IMG/VR virus record: IMGVR_UViG_3300035670_000154
Location: 8,165 to 72,164 of that record
Origin: a virus
Direction: 5' to 3' (one strand)
Length of the DNA: 64,000 nt
Below the pieces are notes generated by a model, which saw nothing but the letters and a program-made list of their open reading frames with translations, made no database searches and was not told where the DNA came from. The position numbers and the translations under genes were made by a program. Below, one piece after another: positions 1 to 9,300 of the stretch; the stretch's first letter is position 1; each line of letters opens with the position of its first letter.

Positions 1-4
1 TTTT

Positions 5-820
5 ATGGTAGAGTTTTTAAAAGAAGGTGATAAATTTTTATGTACAAATGGGCATGGTTCTGTTTTTGGTGAAATTTTTATGCTAGAAGACGGTTTGTAT
101 TATTATTCTGATAATCACAATATAGGTGGATGTTATACATGGCATACACTAAAATGTATTCAAGAAAAACTATTAGAGTTAAATTCTTTTAAAAAACAAA
201 AATATGGTTTTAATGACCATATGGAACCAAAACAGCATGTAAAACCAATCAAAATTAAAGAGACACAAGATTTGGTGGTAAATTTTTTAGATGCAGAAAA
301 TGGTGATATAGTATGCAAAAATGATAATGGTAGTATCATTGGCGTTATTTTAAAATCTCCACTTTCTGGATATTATGTTTATCTCATTTTAAATGAAAAT
401 ATAAATATTGAAACACAAAAAATTATTGAAGATAAAACAAATAAATTAAATGAAGAAAATAAGGATGAGATATCAAAAAACATTTCAAATGAATTAGAAA
501 AAATGCAAAATGAAATAGAAAAAAATGAAGGAAGAAAAGATGACAAAGGGAAGGCTATGTTTTCTCTAATACCAGCACTTGCTGAGGCAGAGGTTGCAAA
601 AGTATTAACTTTTGGAGCGGCTAAGTACGGTAGAGACAACTGGCGTTTTTTAGAAGATTTAGAAATACGAACAATGGACGCAGCTTTAAGGCATATAAGT
701 GAAACAAGACTAGGAAGAAAAACAGATAATGAAAGCGGATTACATCCAATAGCTCATGCTATTTGTGAGTTATTGTTTTTTTTAGAACATGAGCTTGACA
801 AAAACAAAAAACAAGATTAA
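5..820 (+). CDS. DUF5664-type dATP/dGTP diphosphohydrolase domain (C-terminal) fused to a duplicated N-terminal domain
   Basis: C-terminal GRKDDKGK..SLIP..EVAKVLTFGAAKYGRDNW..AALRH..D.ESGLHPIAHA matches the DUF5664 signature. Confidence 0.8.
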   Translation: MVEFLKEGDKFLCTNGHGSVFGEIFMLEDGLYYYSDNHNIGGCYTWHTLKCIQEKLLELNSFKKQKYGFNDHMEPKQHVKPIKIKETQDLVVNFLDAENGDIVCKNDNGSIIGVILKSPLSGYYVYLILNENINIETQKIIEDKTNKLNEENKDEISKNISNELEKMQNEIEKNEGRKDDKGKAMFSLIPALAEAEVAKVLTFGAAKYGRDNWRFLEDLEIRTMDAALRHISETRLGRKTDNESGLHPIAHAICELLFFLEHELDKNKKQD

Positions 821-823
821 TAT
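795..823 (+). promoter_or_regulatory. sigma70-like promoter
   Basis: TTGACA(795-800)-17 nt-TAATAT(818-823). Confidence 0.55.
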
Positions 824-904
824 TTCTTGACTAATTAGTATTGTAAATAAAAACCGAAATGATATTTTCTTTTTCCCTTTCAAAAGTATTAAAGTAGGTT
901 TTTT

Positions 905-933
905 TACCCACCAAAAACGGTGGGTATTTTTTT
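905..933 (+). terminator. intrinsic terminator
   Basis: TACCCACC-AAAAAC-GGTGGGTA followed by T7. Confidence 0.75.
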
Positions 934-967
934 ATGCACAAAAAATGTTTCTTTTTTACTACGAATT

Positions 968-1324
968 ATGAAAATAAATCCAAAAAAATGTGTTGAAGAT
1001 TTAATGCAAGATGCTCTAATTTTTGAGTCATGCAATAAGCTAATTTTTATTGCTGAAAATAATGGCATTGATATTGTTTATGAAAAATACATTCCTGACC
1101 ACGCTATTTATCTGTATGAGGATAGAACAATAACAATAAAAACATCTTTAAATAAAAATGAACGTGATTTTGCAATTGCTTATTGCTTGGGAAGAATTTT
1201 GTTTTGTGATGATGTTTATGAATTTTGTTTTGACGGAAATAAAAATTATGATAAAATAGACTCTGGTAAAAACGCTCATGGTTTTGGCGTTGAGTTTGCT
1301 AACGAGTTTCTAAAGGTGGGGTGA
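968..1324 (+). CDS. ImmA/IrrE (DUF955)-like protein with degenerate HExxH
   Basis: ITIKTSLNKNERDFAIAYCLGRILF..FANEFL resembles the R.RFT.AHELGH..FA.ELL pattern; ATG 968 preferred because GTG 920 lies inside the terminator. Confidence 0.5.
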   Translation: MKINPKKCVEDLMQDALIFESCNKLIFIAENNGIDIVYEKYIPDHAIYLYEDRTITIKTSLNKNERDFAIAYCLGRILFCDDVYEFCFDGNKNYDKIDSGKNAHGFGVEFANEFLKVG

Positions 1325-1328
1325 TTAA

Positions 1329-2003
1329 ATGAATTGTGGTTTTAGAGAAGGACTTTATTTAGATACATTTATGTGTATCAATTCATTTGATATTTTAACA
1401 GAGCCTGTGTTAGATAGAAGAATGCTAAACCAATTTTTTAAAAAATATGAAATTGAAGAACATTGTATAATGGATTTCTTTTGTTATGAAATTTTACCTA
1501 AAAGTAAAGATTATTCAAAAGAAAAAATAATTATTTCTCAAGAGCTTGCTAATAAGTTTTGTGATTATTATATGGGGATTAAAATGAAAAACTGTTGTAA
1601 TTGCTGTAAATGTTGCTGCCAAAATAAGTGCTGTAATAAAAAAGATGATAATGCTATAAAAATAGATGTAGAAAAAGAGATTGAAAGTTTTGTTGCTGGT
1701 ATGCGTGGTGTGTATGGAGCTGGGTTTCTGGTTGATGGAGTTAATGGAGAAGAAAAAAGGGTGGTAATTAATTATTGTAAAAACAAAATAAAAAACATAC
1801 CAACCATTGAGATATATGAAAATAGATTTAATGAAGAATTATACTTAGACATGGTTCTTGTTGATTATATTGAAGACTGCTTAACATCAAAGCATAGAGA
1901 CTTTTCTCTTGATGAAAAGATTGAAGCTATAGAGCATTTAAATAAGTTTATTAACATTAGAGCCACAGAGTGGTTAAGTGATATAAAAAATGCAATTAGA
2001 TAA
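1329..2003 (+). CDS. hypothetical protein with Cys-rich tract
   Basis: 224-aa ORF containing NCCNCCKCCCQNKCC. Confidence 0.6.
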   Translation: MNCGFREGLYLDTFMCINSFDILTEPVLDRRMLNQFFKKYEIEEHCIMDFFCYEILPKSKDYSKEKIIISQELANKFCDYYMGIKMKNCCNCCKCCCQNKCCNKKDDNAIKIDVEKEIESFVAGMRGVYGAGFLVDGVNGEEKRVVINYCKNKIKNIPTIEIYENRFNEELYLDMVLVDYIEDCLTSKHRDFSLDEKIEAIEHLNKFINIRATEWLSDIKNAIR

Positions 2004-2160
2004 AGATGATCTATATTTTCTTATAGGAATCATCAATAAACTTACTGATAGGATAGAGCGAAAAAATGCGATTTTAGCTCTATCTGGTCATGGTAAAATA
2101 AAAATTGATGATATATCTAAAGAGTTGAAATGTTTTTTTGAAAACAAAATGGAGAAATAA
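1990..2160 (+). CDS. small hypothetical protein (56 aa)
   Basis: [13 protein letters not shown]...MEK*; fills the gap and stops 2 nt before thyA. Confidence 0.55.
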   Translation: MQLDKDDLYFLIGIINKLTDRIERKNAILALSGHGKIKIDDISKELKCFFENKMEK

Positions 2161-2162
2161 AC

Positions 2163-2966
2163 ATGAGTTTGTTTGAAAATGATTATTTACAATGTTTGAG
2201 AGACATTCTTGATTATGGAACTAAAAAAGATGATAGAACTGGAACAGGGACATTATCTTTATTTTCACAACAGATTTATGTTAATTTAAAAAATGGTTTT
2301 CCATTAATCACAACAAAGAAAATTCATATACCATCTGTTGTGCATGAGCTTATTTGGTTTTTAAGTGGAAATACAAACATAAAATATCTACATGAAAATA
2401 ACGTTAAAATCTGGAATGAATGGGCAGATGAAAATGGTGATCTAGGTAGAGTTTATGGTGCTCAATGGAGAAGCTGGAAAGGCGCGAATGGAGAAACTTA
2501 TGATCAGATAAGAGATGTTATTCAACAGATAAAAATAAATCCAAATTCAAGGCGTTTAATCGTTTCTGCATGGAATGTTGCTGAGTTAAATCAAATGGCT
2601 TTACCTCCTTGCCACGCTTTTTTTCAATTTTATGTTGCAGATGGTAAATTATCTTGTCAATTGTATCAAAGAAGCGCTGATATGTTTTTGGGTGTTCCGT
2701 TTAATATCGCATCTTATTCTTTGCTAACGCACATGGTTGCAAAAGAGTGTGATCTTGATGTGGGGCAATTTGTATGGACTGGTGGAGATTGTCATATTTA
2801 TAACAATCATATTGATCAGGTTAAAGAGCAGCTATCAAGAAAGCCAAAAAAACTTCCTGTGCTTTTTTTAAACGATGTAAATAGCATTTTTAATTACACA
2901 TTTAATGATATTTGTTTTGCTGGATATGATCATCATCCAGCAATAAAAGCACCAGTTGCTATTTAA
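2163..2966 (+). CDS. thyA: thymidylate synthase
   Basis: [42 protein letters not shown] motifs. Confidence 0.98.
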   Translation: MSLFENDYLQCLRDILDYGTKKDDRTGTGTLSLFSQQIYVNLKNGFPLITTKKIHIPSVVHELIWFLSGNTNIKYLHENNVKIWNEWADENGDLGRVYGAQWRSWKGANGETYDQIRDVIQQIKINPNSRRLIVSAWNVAELNQMALPPCHAFFQFYVADGKLSCQLYQRSADMFLGVPFNIASYSLLTHMVAKECDLDVGQFVWTGGDCHIYNNHIDQVKEQLSRKPKKLPVLFLNDVNSIFNYTFNDICFAGYDHHPAIKAPVAI

Positions 2967-2974
2967 GGATTAAG

Positions 2975-3124
2975 ATGAATAAAGAAGAACAAGAAATACT
3001 TAAAAAATTATATGAAGATATGAATAAACATCTTGATGATATGGTAAAATTTAATAAAGAGCTTAGAGCTATTGTTGATCAAATAAACAGCAAAAAAAGT
3101 TTAACAAAAGATTTTAAAAAATGA
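2975..3124 (+). CDS. small coiled-coil hypothetical protein (49 aa)
   Basis: AAGGA RBS, ATG 2975, TGA overlapping the next ATG (ATGA). Confidence 0.55.
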   Translation: MNKEEQEILKKLYEDMNKHLDDMVKFNKELRAIVDQINSKKSLTKDFKK

Positions 3125-4086
3125 ATAAAAGAAATTTAGGGCAATATTTTACAAAAGAAAATGTTTTTGATAATCCTGCATTCAAAGAATGGTCAGAAGA
3201 GTGTGATTTATACAATCAAACTGTATTAGAGCCTTTTGCAGGCAGTAATAATTTGATTGATATGTTGGGATTAGCCAAGTTCAGATCGTTCGATATTGAG
3301 CCTAAAAATGAGCGTGTAGAAAAAAGAGATACGATTGCAGATTTTCCAAAAGGATATAGTGTTTGTATTACGAATCCGCCATATCTTGCCAAAAACTCTG
3401 CAAATCGACGCGGTCTTGCATATCCAAAAACATATTATGATGATTTGTATAAACATGCGTTAAGCTTATGCTTAACTAATTGTGAGTATGTAGCAGCTAT
3501 TATTCCTATGTCTTTTTTGCATTGCGATGAAATGAAGGAAAGGCTTTATTCCTACGTAATGCTAAACAAAAAAGTTTTTGATGATACTGATCATCCAGTG
3601 TGTTTAGCCTTGTTTACACCTAAAATAAAATTTAGTGTATCTGATATAAAACTTTTTGACAACAATGAATTTATTGGAACTTTAAAAAATGTTAAAAAAA
3701 CAGGAGCCAATATTATACGTTCTGAAAGACTAACAGTCAATACGATTAAATTTAATGCTAAAAATGGAAAACTTGGTTTAATTGCTATTGATAACACAAA
3801 AGAAGAATCAATTAGATTTTTTTTTGCCAATGAATTTGATAAAACATTGATAAAAAGCTCTTCCAGAAATATAACAAAAATAGATATTGGAATTGATGTC
3901 ACCAAAGAGCTAATAGATTTGCTTAATGATAATTTAAAAAGATACAGAGAAATTACACACGATGTTTTTTTAAGCCCATTTAAAGGACTTCGTAAAGATG
4001 GAAAAACAAGAAGGAGAATAAGGTTTAGTGATGTAAAGGAGTTGTTTTTTGAAGTTGATAATAAATACGATTTATCATATAAATGA
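3121..4086 (+). CDS. N6-adenine DNA methyltransferase (orphan)
   Basis: LGQYFT, motif I LEPFAGS, motif IV ITNPPY. Confidence 0.85.
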   Translation: MNKRNLGQYFTKENVFDNPAFKEWSEECDLYNQTVLEPFAGSNNLIDMLGLAKFRSFDIEPKNERVEKRDTIADFPKGYSVCITNPPYLAKNSANRRGLAYPKTYYDDLYKHALSLCLTNCEYVAAIIPMSFLHCDEMKERLYSYVMLNKKVFDDTDHPVCLALFTPKIKFSVSDIKLFDNNEFIGTLKNVKKTGANIIRSERLTVNTIKFNAKNGKLGLIAIDNTKEESIRFFFANEFDKTLIKSSSRNITKIDIGIDVTKELIDLLNDNLKRYREITHDVFLSPFKGLRKDGKTRRRIRFSDVKELFFEVDNKYDLSYK

Positions 4087-4491
4087 TATAATACATCCAA
4101 GACCTTTTGTGTTTTTAGCAAAATCCCAGCGATCTCCTGGTTTTTGTGTTTTTTTTACTAGCTCCCAAGGGTCTTTTTTTGCTGATTCATCAACTATGTT
4201 TTTAATTATTTCTATTTGTTTGTCATTTAGCGCATCAGTTGAAATTTGATATACATTATCTGTCGGAATTGGATGATCTTTGTAAAGGCTAAATAGCTTG
4301 TACAAGCCAATTTCAACTGGACCATAATTCCACGCGTGCATTGGTGTATCAAACAAAAGCTCACCATATTTTTTAAAATACGCATCTTGAACAAAATACA
4401 ATAGCTTTTGCAGTTTTAGATGATTTACCTCTATCTGTTTGTTATTGCAAAGTTCAATTATCTTATTTGCTACTACAAGTGCTGAAATCAT
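4075..4491 (-). CDS. Panacea/SocA/GepA (DUF4065) antitoxin-family protein
   Basis: VANKII..LKLQKLLYFVQ..LF...HAWNYGPV..LY..F..L...T...W. Confidence 0.85.
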   Translation of the reverse strand: MISALVVANKIIELCNNKQIEVNHLKLQKLLYFVQDAYFKKYGELLFDTPMHAWNYGPVEIGLYKLFSLYKDHPIPTDNVYQISTDALNDKQIEIIKNIVDESAKKDPWELVKKTQKPGDRWDFAKNTKGLGCIISFI

Positions 4492-4505
4492 AAAAAATAC
4501 CAATT

Positions 4506-4681
4506 AAAAACACAGCTCTAAAATACCAAAACTCGCTGTGAATAGTTTTTTGTGCAAAGGAGAATGCTAATTTGTGCCGATTACGCCAAGTTCGCGCTTT
4601 TATATTGCTGCTATTGGAATAACTAAAACAATAGCAACAATAAAACAAACACCACATCGGCATAGTGTTTATATTGTTAAA
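4506..4681 (-). ncRNA. candidate structured RNA (two hairpins plus pseudoknot, terminator-like end)
   Basis: extended -10 TGCTATAAT at 4696-4688; stems 4647-54/4663-70 and 4603-16/4629-42; loop 4656-62 complementary to 4575-81; CACAGC/GCTGTG hairpin plus U5. Confidence 0.45.
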
Positions 4682-4701
4682 AATAATATTATAGCATATT
4701 T

Positions 4702-5718
4702 TTATTCCCAAGACAGCCCTGTGCCCGTTTGATACTCAATCACCCTAGTTTCAAAGAAATTGCGTTCTTTTTTTAGATCGATCATTTCACTCATCCACGG
4801 AAACGGATTTTCTTCTTTAGCGAAAATCGCATCCAAACCAATTTGTTGTGCTCGTCGATTGGCGATGTAGCGAAGATATTGTTTAAACATCGGTGCGTTA
4901 AGCCCTAACACCCCACGAGGCATGGTGTCTTCAGCATAACGATATTCCAATTCGACGGCTTTTAAAAATAACTGAGTGATTTCTTGGCGGAAAGGTTCTG
5001 TCCACAAATGTGGGTTTTCGATTTTGAGTTGGTTGATCAAATCAATGCCAAAATTACAGTGCATACTTTCATCCCTTAGGATATACATATATTGTTCTGC
5101 TGCACCAACCATCTTGTTTTGGCGACCCATTGCAAGTATTTGTGTAAACCCAACGTAGAAAAACAAACCTTCCATCAAACAGGCAAAAACAATCATGCTT
5201 TTTAATAGCTGTTGATCTGATTCTAATGTTCCTGTTTTAAAGTTAGGGTCTGTTAGCACATCAATAAAAGGCATCAAAAAATCATCTTTATCTTTAATTG
5301 ATTTTATTTCTTTGTAAGCATTAAAAATCTCACCCTCATCAAGACCAAGTGATTCTGCTATGTATTGATAAGCGTGCGTATGAATCCCTTCCTCGAACGC
5401 CTGTCGCAACAAAAATTGGCGGCATTCTGGCGCTGTGATGTGTCGATAAGTTCCCAACACAATATTATTGGCAGCCAATGAGTCTGCTGTTACAAAAAAA
5501 CCGAGATTTCTTTTGATAATACGGCGCTCATCTTCTGTTAAACCATCCTTACTTTTCCATAACTCAATATCTCGCTGCATATTAATTTCTTGTGGCATCC
5601 AATGGTTAGCACACGAAGCTAAATATTTATCCCATGCCCATTTATATTTAAAAGGCACAAGTTGATTTACGTCTGTTTTTCCGTTAATAATTCTTTTGTG
5701 TTCTGCTTTTACTCTCAT
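4702..5718 (-). CDS. nrdB: ribonucleotide reductase class Ia beta subunit
   Basis: [17 protein letters not shown] (radical Tyr), [24 protein letters not shown]. Confidence 0.97.
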   Translation of the reverse strand: MRVKAEHKRIINGKTDVNQLVPFKYKWAWDKYLASCANHWMPQEINMQRDIELWKSKDGLTEDERRIIKRNLGFFVTADSLAANNIVLGTYRHITAPECRQFLLRQAFEEGIHTHAYQYIAESLGLDEGEIFNAYKEIKSIKDKDDFLMPFIDVLTDPNFKTGTLESDQQLLKSMIVFACLMEGLFFYVGFTQILAMGRQNKMVGAAEQYMYILRDESMHCNFGIDLINQLKIENPHLWTEPFRQEITQLFLKAVELEYRYAEDTMPRGVLGLNAPMFKQYLRYIANRRAQQIGLDAIFAKEENPFPWMSEMIDLKKERNFFETRVIEYQTGTGLSWE

Positions 5719-5903
5719 TTATTACCTCCAACAATACCGCTAAAAATATCAAGAGTTTTTTCAATTTCTTGAGTATAACCATCTTCAAAAACAAGCCCTA
5801 AAAACTGCCTTGTATAACCTGTTTTCTTCTCAATTTTTTTAATCATTATCTCTCTATCGACAGGATTCATTTTTCTTAATTCTTCTTTTGATGGGTATTT
5901 CAT
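5715..5903 (-). CDS. small hypothetical protein between nrdA and nrdB
   Basis: 62-aa ORF with AAGGAAG RBS, overlapping the nrdB start. Confidence 0.6.
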   Translation of the reverse strand: MKYPSKEELRKMNPVDREIMIKKIEKKTGYTRQFLGLVFEDGYTQEIEKTLDIFSGIVGGNK

Positions 5904-5922
5904 TTTTCTTCCTTACTAAAAC

Positions 5923-5947
5923 AATGGGGGCAATTATACCCCCATTA
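5923..5947. terminator. hairpin just after the nrdA stop
   Basis: AATGGGGG-CAATTATA-CCCCCATT inverted repeat. Confidence 0.5.
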
Positions 5948-5951
5948 AATA

Positions 5952-8570
5952 CTATTGGCAAGCCTCACAGTCATCTTTGTTTTCTAAACTACAAACTTTC
6001 ACTTGATTTAAAACGCCTGTGCTTATAGTAGACTTTTCTGCCGATGTTGCACCAAGACTTCTAAAATAGTATGTTGTTTTTAACCCTCTCATCCATGCTA
6101 GTTCATACATTGCAGACATCTTTTTTCCTGAATCGCCAGTCATGTAAATATTTAACGATTGCGCCTGATCAATCCATTTTTGTCTTCTTGCTGCACATTC
6201 TATTAGCCAAACAGGATCAATCTCAAAAGCTGTTTTATAAAGTCTTTTTAAGTCATCTGGTATTCTATCTATATTTTGGATAGAGCCATCATTTTCCTTT
6301 ATCTCCATAATCATTAAATCATCCAATATCCCTAATTTCTCAAGGTCTTTAATTAGATATTCATTAATAATCGTAAACTCGCCTGACAGGTTTGATTTTA
6401 CATATAGATTTTGATATGTTGGCTCTATACTAGCTGAAACACCAGTAATGTTAGATATTGTAGCTGTTGGTGCAATAGCAACACAGTTTGAGTTTCTCAT
6501 GCCATGTTCTTTAATACTATCTATAACGTTAAACCATCCAATAGTTTCTGATTTATCGCAATCAACCCAACCGCCACGCTGATCAGAAAGCATGTTTATT
6601 GTATCTTGTGGTAATATTCCTTTATTCCATAAGCTACCGTCATACGTCTTATACGTGCCACGCTCTTTTGCCAAATTGCTTGATGCAAGATATGCAAAAT
6701 AACAAACAGCTTCTGTTGATGTATCAGCAAACTCAACTGCTTCCTGGCTATCATAAGGAATGCGCATTTCATACAAGCAGTCTTGAAACCCCATCATGCC
6801 CAAGCCAACTGGTCTGTGTCTCATGTTTGATTTTTTTGCCTTATCTACTGGATAGTAGTTAATGTCAATAACATTGTCTAACATTCTCATTGCTGTTGAT
6901 ATTGTTTTTTCTAACTTTGTCATATCCAAAACAACATTGCCATACGAGTTTTTAGTTAGATGGTTTTTTAGATTAACAGACCCTAAATTACATACGGCAA
7001 TCTCATCTTCACTGGTGTTTAGTGTAATCTCTGTGCATAAGTTAGATGAATGAACAGTGCCAACATGTTGCTGTGGGCTACGAACATTACAAGCGTCTTT
7101 GAATGTAATCCAAGGGTGACCTGTCTCAAATAACATTGTCATCATTTTTTGCCAAAGTTTTTTAGCACTTACAACCTTAAAGTTTTTTATCTCACCGTTT
7201 TTTGCTTTTTCTTCATATTTTTCATAAGCTGATTCAAATTTTTTACCATACAAATCATGCAAATCTGGACATTCATCTGGAGAAAAAAGAGTCCATTCTT
7301 TATCTTCCATCTGTCTCTTCATAAACAAATCAGGAATCCAATTTGCTGTATTCATGTCATGGGTACGACGGCGATCATCTCCAGTGTTTTTACGCAAATC
7401 GAGAAATTCTTCAATATCTAAATGCCAAGTTTCCAAATAAACACAAGCAGAACCTTTGCGAAGCCCCCCTTGATTTACCGCTATAACCATGTCATTAACA
7501 ATTTTTAAAAAAGGAATTATGCCTTGGCTTTTTCCATTTGTTCCTTTAATGCTTGATCCAATTGCTCTTACTTGGGTGTAATCAATACCTAATCCACCAG
7601 CATGTTTTGACAACATAGCATTATCACCAAGCGATTCAAAAATGCCTTTTAAACTATCATCAACTGTTGATAAATAACAAGATGATAATTGAGGATGTGT
7701 TGTTCCTGAGTTAAATAACGTAGGAGTAGAACTCATAAAATCAAAGCTAGATAAAACTTTGTAAAACTCAATTGCTTTTTGGTTTTTGTCTTTTTCATTT
7801 AATGCCAAACCCATTGCTACACGCATAAACATATATTCAGGCGTTTCAAACACATTTCCATTTCTATCTTTTAATAGATATCTATCGTAAATTGTTTGAA
7901 TGCCAATATAATCAAAATTAATTTTTCCAAACGAATGCCCGTGAGAAAAAATATCAAAAGTTAATAGTCTTGCATCCAACAAACCCTGAGAAACGCCATA
8001 GTTTAGATAATCATTAAAAGAACATATTTTTGTTTTTTCAACTATATCTCCATTTATTTTTAGCAACAACAATGCCGCACAAAAACGATTAAATGAAACA
8101 TCTTTTTCAATAAAACACCTTGCTGACATTAATATCGCTTTTTTTATTTCATCATGCGATGCGCCAGTATATGTATTTTTATATACCTCTTTTAGCAAAA
8201 TTGTTTTATTTATTTCTACATTGTATTTACGGCAAACATCATCAATGTAGCTACTAACTGGAAAACCAAGTTCTTTTTCCTTTCTCTCAATATCTCTTTT
8301 TTCTCTATACAAAACATAAGCCTTTGCAGCAGCAAATTCCTTTGCATTCATCAATTCGTTTTCAACGATATTGTGTATCTCATCAACAGATATCTTTTCT
8401 ACTAATACTTTAGCATAGACGGTTTTGCTAATTTCTTTTGCTCTATCTATAGCATCTATAACATATACACCATGATCAGAATTTATTAATGCCTTGAATA
8501 TTGCGTTTTGTATTTTATTAATATCAAAATCAACAACATCACCATTTCTTTTAATAACCTTTGCAACCAT
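5952..8570 (-). CDS. nrdA: ribonucleotide reductase class Ia alpha subunit with ATP-cone
   Basis: VIKRNG ATP-cone, STPTLFNSG, LSSC, SNLCTEI, CNLGS, APTATIS, KTTYY, C-terminal CEACQ. Confidence 0.97.
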   Translation of the reverse strand: MVAKVIKRNGDVVDFDINKIQNAIFKALINSDHGVYVIDAIDRAKEISKTVYAKVLVEKISVDEIHNIVENELMNAKEFAAAKAYVLYREKRDIERKEKELGFPVSSYIDDVCRKYNVEINKTILLKEVYKNTYTGASHDEIKKAILMSARCFIEKDVSFNRFCAALLLLKINGDIVEKTKICSFNDYLNYGVSQGLLDARLLTFDIFSHGHSFGKINFDYIGIQTIYDRYLLKDRNGNVFETPEYMFMRVAMGLALNEKDKNQKAIEFYKVLSSFDFMSSTPTLFNSGTTHPQLSSCYLSTVDDSLKGIFESLGDNAMLSKHAGGLGIDYTQVRAIGSSIKGTNGKSQGIIPFLKIVNDMVIAVNQGGLRKGSACVYLETWHLDIEEFLDLRKNTGDDRRRTHDMNTANWIPDLFMKRQMEDKEWTLFSPDECPDLHDLYGKKFESAYEKYEEKAKNGEIKNFKVVSAKKLWQKMMTMLFETGHPWITFKDACNVRSPQQHVGTVHSSNLCTEITLNTSEDEIAVCNLGSVNLKNHLTKNSYGNVVLDMTKLEKTISTAMRMLDNVIDINYYPVDKAKKSNMRHRPVGLGMMGFQDCLYEMRIPYDSQEAVEFADTSTEAVCYFAYLASSNLAKERGTYKTYDGSLWNKGILPQDTINMLSDQRGGWVDCDKSETIGWFNVIDSIKEHGMRNSNCVAIAPTATISNITGVSASIEPTYQNLYVKSNLSGEFTIINEYLIKDLEKLGILDDLMIMEIKENDGSIQNIDRIPDDLKRLYKTAFEIDPVWLIECAARRQKWIDQAQSLNIYMTGDSGKKMSAMYELAWMRGLKTTYYFRSLGATSAEKSTISTGVLNQVKVCSLENKDDCEACQ

Positions 8571-8625
8571 AAAAACTCCTAAATATAAAGAAAAAACATT
8601 TTAACACAACATAAAAAACCATACA

Positions 8626-9300
8626 ATGTATTATTTATACAACAAAATATTGACAAATAAAAAAACACATGCTATATATACGCGCATTATGACACAAAAA
8701 GAAATAAATCCAAAAATACTTCAATCAGACCCAAAAATGTGTCTGGGTGTTATGGTGCCTGTTTTAAATGATCTTGTTGTTGAGGTTTTAAATAAAAAGC
8801 CAAAAAATATTTCCACAGACATTTTTTTTACAGAGTTTAGAACAAGATTTTTAAAAAAAATAAAAGATAAGATTGGCATTATACCACAAGTCTCTAAAAT
8901 TGAGTTTGATGTTTTTGTTGGTTCTTGTTCTGATTTGCATTATTTTGATAGGCATAATGAGTATCAAGCGGTTGATATGACTCTTTATGACTACATACAA
9001 TACATGTATGCACACATACAAAAAAACAATTTTGATTATATAGAAGAAAAAGAAACTGAAAGTGAGTTTGGCTGTAAAAACGTATCTCACTACCAAAAAC
9101 AAGCTATGTTGGCATCAAGTCAGTTTATAGGAACAAGCGATAAATATGCAATTGCAAACGCATTTTCATCAAAACAAAGTGTTGAAATAGCAGACAAAAA
9201 AGATGAAAAAAATGTTTTTGAGAAGCTGCATGATCAGATAAAAGAAAAAGGGCTTTCAACTGAAGATTTAAGAAAAATAGCAGAAGATGATGATGAATGA
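8626..9300 (+). CDS. putative terminase small subunit (real start probably MTQKE near 8688)
   Basis: directly upstream of TerL with ATGA overlap; C-terminal LSTEDLRKIAE-type tail. Confidence 0.55.
   Translation: MYYLYNKILTNKKTHAIYTRIMTQKEINPKILQSDPKMCLGVMVPVLNDLVVEVLNKKPKNISTDIFFTEFRTRFLKKIKDKIGIIPQVSKIEFDVFVGSCSDLHYFDRHNEYQAVDMTLYDYIQYMYAHIQKNNFDYIEEKETESEFGCKNVSHYQKQAMLASSQFIGTSDKYAIANAFSSKQSVEIADKKDEKNVFEKLHDQIKEKGLSTEDLRKIAEDDDE
8651..8679 (+). promoter_or_regulatory. sigma70-like promoter for the packaging/structural operon
   Basis: TTGACA-17 nt-TATATA with TG extension, upstream of ATG at 8688. Confidence 0.5.

Noticed and set aside
3121-4086. Complete restriction-modification system
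   Set aside because: There is no adjacent endonuclease and no PD-(D/E)XK or HNH motif; treated as an orphan MTase.
4463-4711. 82-aa ORF or hydrophobic peptide (CGVCFIVAIVLVIPIAAI) as the toxin partner of Panacea
   Set aside because: The ORF has no RBS and overlaps both neighbours. The hydrophobic frame has an upstream stop and no start codon. RNA stems explain the sequence better.
4702-5718. Class Ic (Mn/Fe, Tyr-less) RNR beta subunit
   Set aside because: The radical Tyr (HTHAY) and the Asp ligand (TADS) are retained, so it is class Ia.
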